Below are positions 26,195 through 39,500 of a DNA stretch of 64,000 nucleotides, piece by piece. The translations under genes and the position numbers were made by a program. The DNA lies in assembly GCF_000143415.4 (NCBI RefSeq), contig NW_003314290.1, forward strand, positions 1,395,897 to 1,459,896, written 5' to 3'. The notes under the pieces were generated by a model, which was not told where the DNA came from, made no database searches, and worked only from the letters and a program-made list of their open reading frames with translations. The stretch is from Selaginella moellendorffii. Its lineage: Eukaryota > Plantae > Lycopodiophyta. The stretch's first letter is position 1. The number at the start of each line of letters is the position of its first letter.

Positions 26195-27695
26195 ATGAAG
26201 CAAATGAAAGGAAGATTGCTTATATTTATTATATTTTGTGTGCTCATCTTTGCTCTTTACTTCCCTGTGTTTGATTTGATATTGAAAAAGCAAAAGTTTT
26301 TGCAATACCTTCGCCAAAATCATCAACAATTTGATCACACAGCTTTTAATGGTTTACTTCTTGGTAAAGGAAGGGATGATCATTGCAAGTCCCGTCTCGA
26401 ACAGCACCACTATCGGAGGAAAAGCTCACAATATGTGCCATCACCATACCTTCTCAAAAGGCTTCGAGCATATGAAGAACTCCATGCTCATTGTACTCAT
26501 GACTATGTTGAAGCTTTCCATCATTTTAGAAGTAATACTAGTGATTCCCGGTGTAAGTTTATAGTGTGGAAAAGTTATAGTGGTCTCGGGAACAAGATTA
26601 TCTCCATCACTGCTACTTTTGCCTATGCTTTATTGACAAATAGAGTTTTGCTGATTGAGCCAGGGCCAGAGAATTACATGGCACAACTATTTTGCGAGCC
26701 TTTTCCTACCAGTTCTTGGTTTCTCTCCACAGATTTTCCAATTTATTTGTTCAATCATGCCAAGCATAGACTTCAGTTTGATAATTGTAAGGGTGATCTC
26801 AAAGTTCAAGGGTATGGTTTGATTGAAATTATTGATAGTTTTGATGGTCTTGGAGATAAGTTTTTCTGTGAGCACGAGCAGCAGATGTTAAGTGAGAAAA
26901 TCCCATGGTTGGCAATCGTTGTTAATCTTTATTTCATTCCAAGCCTGTACAACGTTCCAAGTTTCAAGTTAGAACTAGATATGTTATTTCCAGAGCAAGA
27001 GACTGTGTTTCACCACCTTGGAAGGTATTTGTTTCATCCCTCAAATCAAGTTTGGAGTAGAACGGTGAGAATTTATGAGGATTACATGGCTAATGCAAGT
27101 AAAGTGGTTGGTATTCAAATGAGATTGCTAGAGCACCTTGGATCTGGTCATGAACATTTTCTAAACAAGATGATCGACTGTGCTCAAGACAATGGCCTCC
27201 TTCCAAAATCCATCAAGTCCAACAATTCAACTCAAGCTTCTAGAATTCCCACACAATTCATTACTGCTATAGTGACTTCACTTGATGGGATGTACTTTAA
27301 GAGGTTGAGAGAACTCTACTTGAATTCTGCAAAAGATGGATCATTAGTTCGAGTTTTCACTCCAGAGCCAAGAGAATGAGCAAAAGGTTGATAATCAAGA
27401 GCATGAAGAGAAAGCACTTGCAGAGATGTTTTTGCTTTCTTTCTGTGATGAGCTAATAACAAGTCCTGGATCAACTTTTGGATATGTTGGCCACGGCCTT
27501 GCAGGAATAAAGCCTTGGATCCTTGATAACAAGAAGAACTGCTCTAAGATGGTGTCACTTGAGCCTTGCTTCCATGCGAAAGTTACATATGGATGTAAGT
27601 GTATGCCTCCAAAGGATGCTCTTAGTGTTCAACATAATATTCAAAGCTGCCAAGATGTTACTTGGGGAATTCAGTTAAAATCAATAATATTGTAA
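26195..27695 (+). pseudogene. Xyloglucan alpha-1,2-fucosyltransferase (GT37, FUT1/MUR2-like), intronless, single +1 frameshift near 27365
   Basis: N-terminal TM segment, PSPYLLKRLRAYE, SGLGNKIISI..ALLTNRVLL, LFCEPFP, ETVFHHLGRYLFHPSN and GIQMR. The C-terminus (EKALAEMFLLS..STFGYVGHGLAG) lies in another frame. Confidence 0.85.
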
Positions 27696-29261
27696 TTTTT
27701 CCCACTTCAAAATAATATAACACATTTTTTTTATTCTATGGCCAAAATTAATATCATTTTTTAATCCATAAACCTTAGAGGCTTTACAAGGGACAAGATA
27801 TTACATTATAATATTTATTGTGGCTTTAAGAAGAGATGTTAGGAATAACAAAAAAGTTGCTATACTTACTAGTTTACTATTAAATTGTTGATGTCCCTTT
27901 TTCCTAATTATGTTTGGTGCACCACAAACCATGCACTATATGATAATAGTTAAAAAAAATTTCTTAGCATTGCATTTTTTCCTACTTAACCTCTTAGAAC
28001 ACCTAAGGAAAATGAATTGCAACAATGCAATAGTATTATGAGTTCAAGAAAAAAATCTCTAAAGAAAGACTCATAGATGGATCACAAAGTTGAGGCATGA
28101 ATAAAGCCCACAATAGAATATATTAATAAAACTTATTAGGGGTGAACACCTTTTAGATTTAGTAAAGCAAAACATTTGCTATGGAATCAAAAAGATGTAT
28201 CATGGATTAAAATAATGATTTTATGTTATATGGTGTAACAAAGGATAAGAATAAAAGATAGATTAATAGCTTGGCTTTGTTATGACAGAATATACAAATA
28301 GCACACACAATTGTTTTGATCAAAGGGAGAAGGGAGATGTGAACTCTTTCATATCAAAATGTTAAGTAATAATGTATTTAGTAACAACTAATTTATATAA
28401 AATCTAGGAAAACACTACTAATGTTTTTTTTTTTTTTTTGGTGTGATTTGGTTATGTTGTGCAATAAAATCACTATTGCATCTCTTAGCCCTTGAATCAT
28501 AGGAAGAAAGATTACAAGAGTTAAAATTACAAACACTAGAACATATAAATATTTATGTGTATTTTCCTTTTTTTGAATGAAAGTGTGACTGAAGATTCAT
28601 AAATTCTAAATAGTAAACTATGACAAACCCCTTAAGAATGTATTCTAGAAAAGAACAAAATTTCTCTTTTATATGTAACAAGCTTATATTAATGATTTTT
28701 TTCCTTTCAAACAGTTATATGGTTTTATATAGAATTTTATTTCAAATTTATTAATTTTAAAATTCTGAAACACTTGACATTTACTAGCTAGAAAGCATAG
28801 AGTACAAATTTAAAGAAGTGACAAGGATACTTTTTCTGCAAATATTTTAGTTTATGTTCTAATAAACATCCCTATTATAGCATGTAGTAAATATTTAAAT
28901 TGTTAAAACAAGAAGTGTCCTTTAAAACATTTTTATTTATCTAATATATAAAGAGTTGTGAAATTATTAAGTTTGCCATAACCTTAATATTTTAATGTTT
29001 ATAATGTTCATATTAAAGTATAATTGAAACTTGAGTTCAACTCATGAGTTTAACTCTTGAACTCGTGAGCTCAAATATAATCCACACTCCAGGTTTTGGA
29101 ACCGAGATAAACAAACTCTTGCCATAGCATATCTTTAATATGTTACAAATAAACTCTTGTACCTCTCTTAATCCCATGACGTTCCAAGTTTTAGAGAGCT
29201 AGACATTTGTCCATGGAAGTGACTGTCTAGAGATTAAATAGTTTCTACACAAAATAAAACT

Positions 29262-29306
29262 TGCACTGCCCAACTTGTGGCAGGGAAACCACTAGACCAG
29301 CAGTGC
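29262..29306 (-). pseudogene. Second, more deleted tRNA-Gly(GCC) relic
   Basis: Minus strand GCACTGCTGGTCTAGTGGTTTCCCTGCCACAAGTTGGGCAGTGCA followed by a T-run. It has the same acceptor stem as the relic at 25890, with the GCC anticodon retained and the T-arm lost. Confidence 0.7.
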
Positions 29307-29525
29307 CCTTAAATTTATTAATACAAAAAAACGTATTATAATTGCCTGCGCGTATGTTCTGTGTACATAGCTAATATTATACTAATGGAAAATTATGAAT
29401 CGTGTTAGCTTCAAAACTGTCCTGCTAGCAGAAAAGAATTACAGTAGAGCTAACGCTCCATATTTGTACCTGACGTCCAAGGAGAAAAAATTTGTTTGCT
29501 AGCTCTCGTACCTCTTTCTGTAATG

Positions 29526-31055
29526 TTATACATCATGGTTCCCACTTTGATTACGCTGAAAACGACTAGAGGGAATGAGAGGGGCCTCCTCGTCTCCAAC
29601 AGGCATGCTTGCATTGGCTGGAATATCTTTCTCGAGCACGTCGGAGTCTTTCTTATCGAGCCGCCATTCCTGAGAAACATACACGCGTCTTTAGTAAAAG
29701 ACTTGAGCAACCGGGTCGCGGTTCCAAACCTTTGGCTTGTCTACATCCACAAGAGAAATCTGGTGGACAATGGTTGCGTCCCGCATTTTCAAATAGTTGT
29801 AAAGCACAACTCCGGAGAGTGCTGAAAACACCGAGTTCCAAAATATTAGCACTGATGCATGATTTGAGACAGCGTTACCAATAGCGTATCCGATGATATT
29901 TAATCCCGTGAGCTTGGATTCTGGGAAAAGGATGGTTCCAAGCGCTATCAGCAGCCAGTCTTTCAGGACTCCCGCCACTCTGACAGTGAGAGCCCCTGTC
30001 CTCCCAATCACGAGGAAGATTGAGAAGTTCAGCGCCAGAGCACACAGTGCATTCGTAAAAAACACCCAGAAGCTAAATTTCCAGTGTTCAACTTCCATAG
30101 CCGGCTTCTCCAAAACAATCCAGGGGAAAAACAAGAACAAAAAACTAAAACAAAAACAGAATTTTACAATCTAAAGGGGAAACCAGAAGTCACATACCTG
30201 CATGGGGCGATGTAATATAAACTGGTGATGGGGTTCAATGTCAGGCCCTTCTTTTGCAGAAGTACTTGCGTGAGTACTAGTCGCAGAGCTTCACAGACAA
30301 TCCCTGTCACTTGGAAGAATGTACCGATGACGTTGAAGTGGATTTCACCGTAAGAAGAAACTGCCACTCCAACGCTGACGAGCAGCATGTTTAGAAACAG
30401 ATCCCATCTAGCTTTATCCGTTCCGCACGAAACAGCCATCATGAATGTTGCTACAGGCACTAGCAACAAAGAAAGTGTGAGAGCATTATGCAAACGGAAG
30501 CTGGAAACTTACTCAAAGCTTTGAGCATCTGGATGAAAGCCACGGAAATGTAGAGATAAGCAGTGTTTCCAAACCTGAAACCATGCAAAAGCTTAGGGAA
30601 ATGTATAGAAACGTTTATACTATACCAAAGGCTGGAAGCAAAAAACGCGCTTATCGGCACAACGCAAGATATATATCTGCCAAAACAAAAAACCATCCTC
30701 AGGAAACGATTGAAACCGCTTGATAATACTCACATATCGAACGTCATTTTGACTGGAGTGACCACCTGAAGAAAAACGCTAGAACATGTATTCCACGGAA
30801 AAAAATAGCTCACCTTCAAAACACGCACAAGGAAAAACGTGACAACTCCAGAGAATCCCATGTGTATCATCGTAAGTGAGATGGGATAAGGAAATCCATA
30901 GTGTTTTTTCGACAAGACCCACTGGAAAAAAAAACATCAGAGCTTTACTAAAAGGAACACCGACACAATACCTTGTTGAAGAGAATCACGCCAGAAGAAA
31001 GCGTGATGTAAATTAGAAGGTACAAATACGTCAACAGCAGCGATCGATTGATCAT
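29526..31055 (-). CDS. Nucleotide-sugar / sugar-phosphate translocator (TPT/NST family, At1g48230/At3g17430-like)
   Basis: LSSGVILFNKWVL, FPYPISLTMIHMGFSG, FGNTAYLYISVAFIQMLKAL, LNPITSLYYIAPC, GRTGALTVRVAGVLKDW and C-terminal DEEAPLI. Confidence 0.92.
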
Positions 31056-31493
31056 CTTTGCGGGCGTCTCAGGCACTGCTGGAAAGAAAACACACCAAAA
31101 TTCCATTGCCTGGCACTCGCATTTGCTAATCAGTGTACCTCAGATCTCTAGGTTTCCAAAGATCAGCGATGGCAAGAACCTGGCCGCGGCAAATCCACGC
31201 ATCCGCGCCCCCGATCTCCTGACTAGGGAATGCGCGATCCCGCCTCACAGCTGTATCCATGGCGCTATGGCGCGAGCTAAACATTCCTGCGAATGCCGCC
31301 CACATTTCCTCATTGCGCTGACAAAGCCGGCATCCCCTATCTCACGCTTTGTGAGTTGTCTCCACCGTTAGATCCAACGGTTGGATGCGCCAACAGGCTG
31401 TCAGGGTTGTGGCCGTTGGATGTGGATGTGACGGGCGGCGGCGATGCGTCTCCCTGGTCTTTTTCTTTCACAGTGTAGTGCCCGGGAGCGCCA

Positions 31494-34400
31494 ATGGAGG
31501 CGCCATTGACAGGCCGCGTAAGAGAAATTCTAGGTCATTTAGATCCTCTGAAAATGTGGCTTTGATCAGGTGTCGCTGCGCGGCGCCAGCGCCAAGGAGG
31601 ATTCCAGGGATGTGTTGCTGGAGAAAATCGCCAGGGATCGAGCTTCTCGAGTCCTCCAGAGGAGAACGCTGGCAGCAACACTGACGGTTCAGGTGAGCCA
31701 GGCCGATCGTTTTGCCCGGAAATCGCATAATCTCTGGTGTTTTAGAGGATCTGGAGGAGCCGCCGGGCGGCGAGAATTGCCGTGAATGCCATCCAGCTGC
31801 TGTGGGACGAGCGGGTTGAGGAAATTCATCGATCGGGCATTGTCAGTGCCGAAGCGTTTGCAGATGATATTCTCAGGCCATTTATCTTCTTTACGAGGAA
31901 CTTAAGCTGGCTTACACGAAGTTTCTTCGTCAAGGATCTCCAGCGCGTCTCAATTTGTTTCCAAGCTCTTCTTCAAAGCGTAAACTTTCCAGGTGTGAGT
32001 AGCAGCATCGATTTTTCTCTATTTAACTTTCTTCTTTAGATGCCAGGAATTTTTGCAAACTTGCTTGCGGCACACCGAGTCGAAAAACTCAGTGGTTCTA
32101 TCAAGTTCATCGACTCTTAACAATCTGCTCGGCTATTCTCATAGGAAGGCGACGTAGCGATGCGGTTTCCACTTCCTTACTGGCACTGGCCATGCGACTA
32201 TTGGTAACACTGACCGATTCGAAGTTGTGGAACGGGTTTGAGGACAGACAGCGAGAAACAGGTGCCGTAACTTCAGAGATAGTGCAGTGGTTTGGAGCAG
32301 GAAACAGCGGGTTTTACTACGCAGCTCATGCGTATCTAATGGAAGGCAATACGGCAGATCTTGAAACCAAGGAAAGCTTCTTAGTGACTGCCAGTTTGAT
32401 CACCATGGCATTTCGTCCGTTCCACGCTATTGCTGCCGAGCTTTCGTGTCAAAGGTACGCTCGAGATTTGGAAGACTGGAAAGGCAAAGCAGCAGCACAA
32501 ATATGTAGACACGTTTTAACAGTTCCATGCCTCATAGAACGTCTTCCTGCAGGTCTCGTTCCTGCCTTTCAACATGAAAATGTTTTGGCTGTTTGCCTTC
32601 GCGCGTACAAGGTTGGTTGCTCAAGAGATTCTATGCTAGATGAAAACTAAGTTTTTTCTACTTAAGCAGACTTTTGGCATTACCGTTTTGTCAGAAAAGG
32701 ACAGCAATGTTCCACATCAAGCATGGAGTCTCACCAACGTCGTAAGCATTGTTTCAGTTGGATCTCTGAGCGAACCAATGTACAGTCATTTCGTGGAAGC
32801 AGTTTGTTGCCTCCTGCACAGTATGATACCTTGGATTGAGGAAGTTCGAGAGAGGAAAAGAAGTTATGAAGACTCCGGCGATGAGGATACTGAAGATTAT
32901 ACCGAGCTGCATTCTCGGTGTGGTGGCGCTGCTTTGGACTCCTTCATTCGTCTCCTAAGACCACTGTTTGATCAACGACAAGTGTTACAGCTTTTCGAGA
33001 AGGCTACATCATCATCCGTTGGGCTCCCAAACATTGCAAGGCTCTACTCTTACTTGCTCACAACATTCTCAGTTTTGAACTTTGGAGGAGGTGCGCTACC
33101 CGTGCTAAACGTGCTAGCATTTACCAAGGAACTTCTTCCGCAGCTTTGGAACTGGTTCATGAGCAGCATACAACTAAAAATTGTGAAGATGCCAGAGAGC
33201 AGGGGAGCCTTACCAGCAAAAGAACAGAGTTCACGTCAACTTTCAAGCAAGCTGGCTAATACTTTCCTGAAGAGAACAAAGTCTGCCTCCAGCGAGTCCA
33301 TTTCTGAAGTGCATGACGATGGTCAGTGGCATATTGAACAGTTGAAGGGTGGCCCGGCTGCTCTTTCAGAGGATGCAGCTTCAGTTCTAACGCTTTTCTG
33401 CACGCTGTATGCGCATTTGCTACTCGTTCTTGACGACAACGAGTTTTACGACAAGCAGGTACAGCTCGTCCTTTTGATGCATGGCGGGTTGTCTTAGCGA
33501 TTGTTGCAGGTTCCCTTTTCCATCGACGAGCAAAGGCTGATAAGTGCTGCTCTAAACACTATGCTCTATCATGGCTTCTTTTTGGCTGGAAGGACTCAAT
33601 ATGCGACGCTGATGGAAGCTTCGACTAGGTGTTTACGAGCATTGTATGAAAGGGATAGCCGGCGCAGCTTCTGCCCAGCTGCATTATGGCTTGCGCCTGC
33701 CACGGAAATGCGACCTGCTATTGCTGCAGCTGCAAGAGCACACGAAGCCGCGTCGGTCTCGAAAGCGGGAGAAGCGTCAGCAATTGGCTCCATATTGACG
33801 ACCATGCCTCACGTGTTACCATTTGAGGAGAGGTATCTCATTCTCTGTTGCATGCTCGTACTGACTACGTTGGCAGAGTGCAAATCTTTCGGGAGTTTAT
33901 CAACAGCGATAAAACTTTGAGGAAAATAGAAGGGGAAATAGTAGGACCGGGTCCCGGTTCGACAGAGATTTCGATTCGAAGAGATCGTATTGTCGAAGAT
34001 GGCTTTCAACAGCTTGGTGCCTTGGGCGCAAGATTTAAAGGCTGCATCAACGTTTCCTTTGTGAACGAGCATGGTCTTACGGAAGCAGGGCTCGACTATG
34101 GCGGGCTTTTTAAAGAGTTCCTTACGGACTTGGCGAAAGCTGCATTTGATCCTGGGTAAGCAATCAGACTTATAATTTATATAATCGGTTTAACGTACCT
34201 CCTGTAGTTACGGCTTGTTTCAACAAACTGCCACGGAAGAACGGTTTTTGTTTCCTCATCCAGCTGCGAGCAGCCTTGGTCAGGGATTACGAACGATTGA
34301 GTTTTTGGGTCGCATCGTTGGGAAGGCCTTGTACGAGGGTATTCTGCTGGAACATTTATTTTCTCCAGTATTCGTATCCAAGATCCTGGGTCGTTACTGT

Positions 34401-35449
34401 CCTATTGACGATCTCTCTAGTCTCGATGGAGAACTTCATCGGAATCTGATGTACCTCAAGGTTGGTTTTGGTCGTTTTCAAAAACTTGGCTGTCTAATGT
34501 TTTGTTGACAGAATTATGAAGGTGACGTTTCAGATATGGCTCTGGACTTCACTGTAACGGAAGAATATTTTGGAAAGCGAAAGGTTATTGATCTGGTGCA
34601 GGGAGGAGACAAAATCCCTGTGACTGACGCTAACAAGCTGCAGTATGTCCATGCTATGGCCGATTACAAGCTAAATCGTCAGGTATAGTCGCCTCTTGCT
34701 AGCTTCTTCTCAGCACCGTTTGTCTTTGTTCTTAGGTGCGACCAGTAGTTAATGCGTTTGTGAGAGGCCTTACGGATTTAGTCTCTCCTTCGTGGCTGGG
34801 TTTGTTTAATGCCAAGGAATTTAACCAGGTATGCTATCTTTTGTCTATAGCACCGTCCTGAAGATCTCGTTGCAGCTTCTTTCAGGTGAAGAGCACGACT
34901 TCGACGTGAACGACTTGAAGGCCAACACCCGGTACACTGGAGGTTACAGTGTAACCAGCCGCACGGTCAAGCTGTTTTGGGAGGTAAGGAAACTACCTTC
35001 TATTATTTGGTGCTGTTCTGAGCGTGGAATCTGTTCCAGGTGCTTGAGCAACTCGATGTCAAAGAAAGATGCGCTGTGCTCAAATTTGTAACGAGCTGCT
35101 CTCGTGCACCTTTGCTGGGATTTAAACACTTGCAGCCTCCGTTTACAATCCACAAGGTTTGGCAATCTTAAGCATCAACGTTTTTAGCTCGTTCCCGTTT
35201 TTCTTTCTTAGGTGACAAGTGATGCTCCAGTGTGGACGTTTCTAGCTGGCCAAGATGTCGATCGACTCCCAAGCGCGTCTACCTGCTATAACATATTGAA
35301 GGTTTGCTGCGCTCCCTACTTTTCTCACCGCATTTTCACTTACTCTCGGTTTCGTTGCGACGAAGCTACCTGCATACAGGCGCATTGGAACTCTCAGAGA
35401 AAAGCTTCAGTACGCAATCCGCTCCAATTCTGGTTTTGAGCTTTCCTAA
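31494..35449 (+). CDS. UPL7: HECT E3 ubiquitin ligase UPL7 (UBE3B/C-like, N-terminal IQ)
   Basis: [16 protein letters not shown] (IQ), [27 protein letters not shown], the catalytic [10 protein letters not shown] and the terminal GFELS*. Confidence 0.93.
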
Positions 35450-35593
35450 CTCCAATTTAATATTAATCCAAGCCAAAAAATTAATGAAATGCCACGTCAT
35501 CTCAAAAGGTTACGGAACAGTATAAAAATCCCTCTTTAGAACCCTTGCTCGCCCCTTTTGCGTAAGAATAGACGCGCTCATTTCTTCGGAGCT

Positions 35594-36373
35594 ATGGCGT
35601 GTGCGGCGACTGTTGTTATGCCGGAGTGGGTGACCGCACACTACGACGTTCTTCGTGAGCTTGGGCGAGGCGCGTACGGTGGAGTGTTCGAGCTGCGGGA
35701 GAAGTCGAGGTGGATCAAGAAGAAAAAGGTGGCGTGTAAGATACTGGACGTTGAGAGGGAGAAATCTCAAAGCCATGAAGCGGCGATAATGAAGAAGCTT
35801 CATAACCTTCACGGAGTGGTGTGCCTTAAAAAGGCGCACTGCGATTCAACGTGTTCCTGCATGGTTATGGAATTGTGCGAGTGCGACCTAGTCACGGCCA
35901 TGGCCACCGGCGTGATCGAGTACGATAAGATCCAAATAGCCCAACACTTTCGGCATCTCGTCAAGACAATCAAAGCAATGCATCACGCCGGAATTGTTCA
36001 CCGGGATCTCAAGCCCGAGAACGTTTTGGTAACGAAGAAACGGGAGCTCAAGGTCGGCGATTTTGGCACGGCTGTGGAGATTGAAAAGGGAGGCAAGCTC
36101 CACGAGGTGACGGGCACCTGGAACTACATGGCCCCAGAGATGATATTCCAGGGAAGCTACGATGAGAGGGTGGACGTGTACGCGTTGGGACTCATCCTTT
36201 ACTTCATGCTAGAGCTAAAGACTCCCGAAGATCGGAAGATAGATTTCCAACAGTGCCCAGCCGCGGCGATGGATCTTATCAACAAGATGATCGACAATGA
36301 TCCGGCAAAGAGAATAACACTGGACGAAGCCTTGAGGCACCCTTTCTTGCAACACCACCACAAGGGATACTAA
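35594..36373 (+). CDS. Intronless minimal Ser/Thr protein kinase (CAMK-like), 259 aa
   Basis: LGRGAYG, VACK, HRDLKPEN, DFG, GTWNYMAPE and DVYALG. A TATA-like tataaaaa lies at 35521. Confidence 0.85.
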   Translation: MACAATVVMPEWVTAHYDVLRELGRGAYGGVFELREKSRWIKKKKVACKILDVEREKSQSHEAAIMKKLHNLHGVVCLKKAHCDSTCSCMVMELCECDLVTAMATGVIEYDKIQIAQHFRHLVKTIKAMHHAGIVHRDLKPENVLVTKKRELKVGDFGTAVEIEKGGKLHEVTGTWNYMAPEMIFQGSYDERVDVYALGLILYFMLELKTPEDRKIDFQQCPAAAMDLINKMIDNDPAKRITLDEALRHPFLQHHHKGY

Positions 36374-36508
36374 ACAGTTGTATGAAACGAAAAACTATAC
36401 TATGTGTATGTATAAAAGGCTTACCTCAAGAGATTTCGATTGCCATATTCTTCATCCATTCTAGTAAAAAGTTAGAATGGTTTTCTTGAATGAATGGGAA
36501 ACTCACCA

Positions 36509-39500
36509 CTAGTGGTGGACCATTTCTTTGTACAAAGTGCTTCTCTGTACCGGAACTCGTCCCATGGAATGGATGAGCTCCTTAATCGCCGAGGCTGTAA
36601 GTTCTTCACCTAGTTTCGCAGAATTATATCAAAGATATGAATGCAGAGCTTTCTATTTACCATGTAAAGCCCCTGCCGCTTTTGAGATGCTCTCGTTCAT
36701 CAAGCAGCCGCCCATGTCGTTACAGCCAACAGCCAAAAGGAACTGAGCTCCATCGGCTCCCATTTTCACCCAGGAAGCCTGCAACGTTGAAGGAAAAAAT
36801 ACGTTAAACTCTAGCAATACATCGATAGTACCTGTATATTTGTGATGTGGGGATGCAGCACCAGACGAGAGACTGCATGCATGAGGACGCATTCCCTTCT
36901 TGTTGGCCCCTTTCTCGCCCGGCCTTTGACAAAAATTGGAGCCTAGAGAAGCAGTATGGTCAGAAAAGAAAGAGCTTTCAAACAACGTCTCAAACCTGCA
37001 TGTGTACAAACGGTAGTGGCACAAACTCTGTGAAGCCGCCGGTTTTCTTCTGTAGGCTTTTAATGAGTTGCAGATGCGTTGCCCTGAAAGTGAACGTACT
37101 TTGAACCAGCACAAGAATGAGCCGAGAATTGAAGTCCTACCAGTGAGACGGACAGTCCATATGTCCGAACATAATGGTTGATGTAGTCTTCAATCCAATA
37201 CTATGAGCAGCTTCCATCACCTAGTAAAAATCTTGGCAAGTTTCGATATGGAACTCGAACACGCATTACCTCGAGCCACTGGTTTGTTTTGAGTTTGTCA
37301 GGACACAAAACGTTTCGCACCTCGTCGTCTAAGATCTGCTACCATCACTGATCAAGTCATACAAGCACACCGAAATTTGTTACCTCGGCTGCAGTTCCAG
37401 GAAGAGAACCAAGTCCAGCGGCCTTCAACTGCACAAGGAACTCTTCAACACTGGAAGCCAGAGAATTAAAATAAACCGAGCCACGGACGTTCACATCTCG
37501 ACAATTGAGTACCTCATGTTGCTGGTTGAAGCACCTTGGTAAACTTCCAAAGGCGAGAATGCATGCACGTGGATACCAGGCACCGCTGATTTCACAGCTT
37601 TCAGAATTTCCAAGTATGTTTCGCCAGTGTAATCGGGGTGAATTCCTCCCTGAAACAGCTCGTCGCATCTCATACCCTGAAGATCTTGTTACCTGCATGC
37701 ATACTTCCGTCGCTCCTCTTTCACGGGCTTCAATAGTCCTACGAGATATTTCTTCCAGTGACAAGCTACGAAAGGACATAATTAGAACTGAGAGCATCAA
37801 AGCAATCAAGTATCAACCTGTATGGCTTTCCTCTTAGATTCTCGTTCTGCTTTCCTTTGCTGATACATACAAGTTTAAAAGGTCTTATTTCACAGTGCGA
37901 CAAGATACCTGAAAGCGCAGAATTGGCATTTGTAGCTACAAACGTTGGTATAGTTGATGTTTCTGTTTACAACATATGTTACCTGAAAATACAATCAAAA
38001 TGTGCGCGCGTCAAAACTTCGTTACCTTATTCCCATTTACTGATTCACGTAGCCTATTCGCTGAAGAACATATATAGTCAAAATCTGGTCCCATGGAATA
38101 GAATAGCATAGTTATTTCATCCTGACACAAGAAATGGATAAGTCAGTGAGTCGACAAAGCAACAATGTACTCTGGTCAAATCCTCTCCTGCCACGCCCTT
38201 ATCCACTATATATTCCACACGGCTGCTTGCTCTCGCGGCTATTAAAAAAAAACACAAACAGAAGTTTAACAGACGCAAGGAAAACTGAAGCCTACGTACA
38301 GGCATTGCACGAAACATTTCCCTGTATGCCGACATAAACAGATGAGGTTGTAGCGTTGTTCATTTGACTCCAGTCAGTGGTAGCATTGCAACCTGGTGAC
38401 CAAGGATCCGCTCGACCGTAGCCCAGACTGTTAGAGCTTGCGAGTGCATATCGCAAGACGTTGGGATCCTGGCAAAACGTAAGTCAAGAGGAAGTGGACA
38501 AGCTTTTCCAAAAACAACGCTATACCAGCCACGACGAAAAGTTGCGAATATATGACGGGTATACAGGCAGCCTTGGAACGAGTAGTTTGTCGCACTGCAT
38601 TGTCGCACTGGCTAAGCTTCTGATGTGCGGCCACGGTAGCTGCAAAACAGGCAATCAGAGTATGACATTAGAAGAAATGATAAAAGAAAAGAGAATCAAA
38701 GAAAGGAAGCACCTCGGGATTCACCCAATCTCTTGTTAAGGGAGAAATTCCGCCCCAGTCGTTTATTCCTGCATTGATAAGAAGCTCCCACTCAACTCCT
38801 TCTTTTGTGTCATCTCTGCAACATCGTTAAAGTCCAGTGCAAACTGAGGTCATGGTTCACTTGCCTTGGTGTCAAGTTTGGTGGCGCTTGAATGCTCATG
38901 TCTGGACCGAATAAAATCCGTGCCATGGCTACAGTCCACAGGAGCTCGTCAATATTTGGCTCTGCTGCATTTTCCATTGGAGTGCCTTTCTTTGCTCGAA
39001 AGTTCTGAATGATGAGCTCCTGGATATGGCCATATTTTTCATGAACCCCACGTAGGAGCAGCAAGCTCTTGATTCGATCGGACCTGGTTTCACCAATACC
39101 AACCAGCAGGCCGGACGTGAAAGGCACCTTCAGCTCACCTGAACAAAAGTTTAGAGTATAGAAAGGAAAGAGTTAACAAATGAAAAGTTACATGCCTGCG
39201 ATCGCAATAGTTGCAATCCGGGCGGAGGGAACTTTGTCTGGACAATTAAAGTGCGGGCCGCCGGGTTCAGCGAGGCTCGAAGCAGTCGACTCAAGCATCA
39301 AGCCCTGACTAACGGAGACGCTTCTCAGAAGTGACACGTCTTTTTTGCACATCACCCCCGCATTGACATGAGCAAGAAGTCCAGTTTTCTCGAGCACTAA
39401 CTTAGCAGCCTCAGCAACATACTCAATAGTCGTGGAGTGGCCCAGTGACGCAAGCTGCAAAAGCACAAAGGAAGAAAGAAAGTAAAGGTCATTGCAGAAA

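Noticed and set aside
29030-29075. Short imperfect palindrome (gagttcaactcatgagtttaactc)
   Set aside because: Too short and isolated to support a MITE or RNA call.
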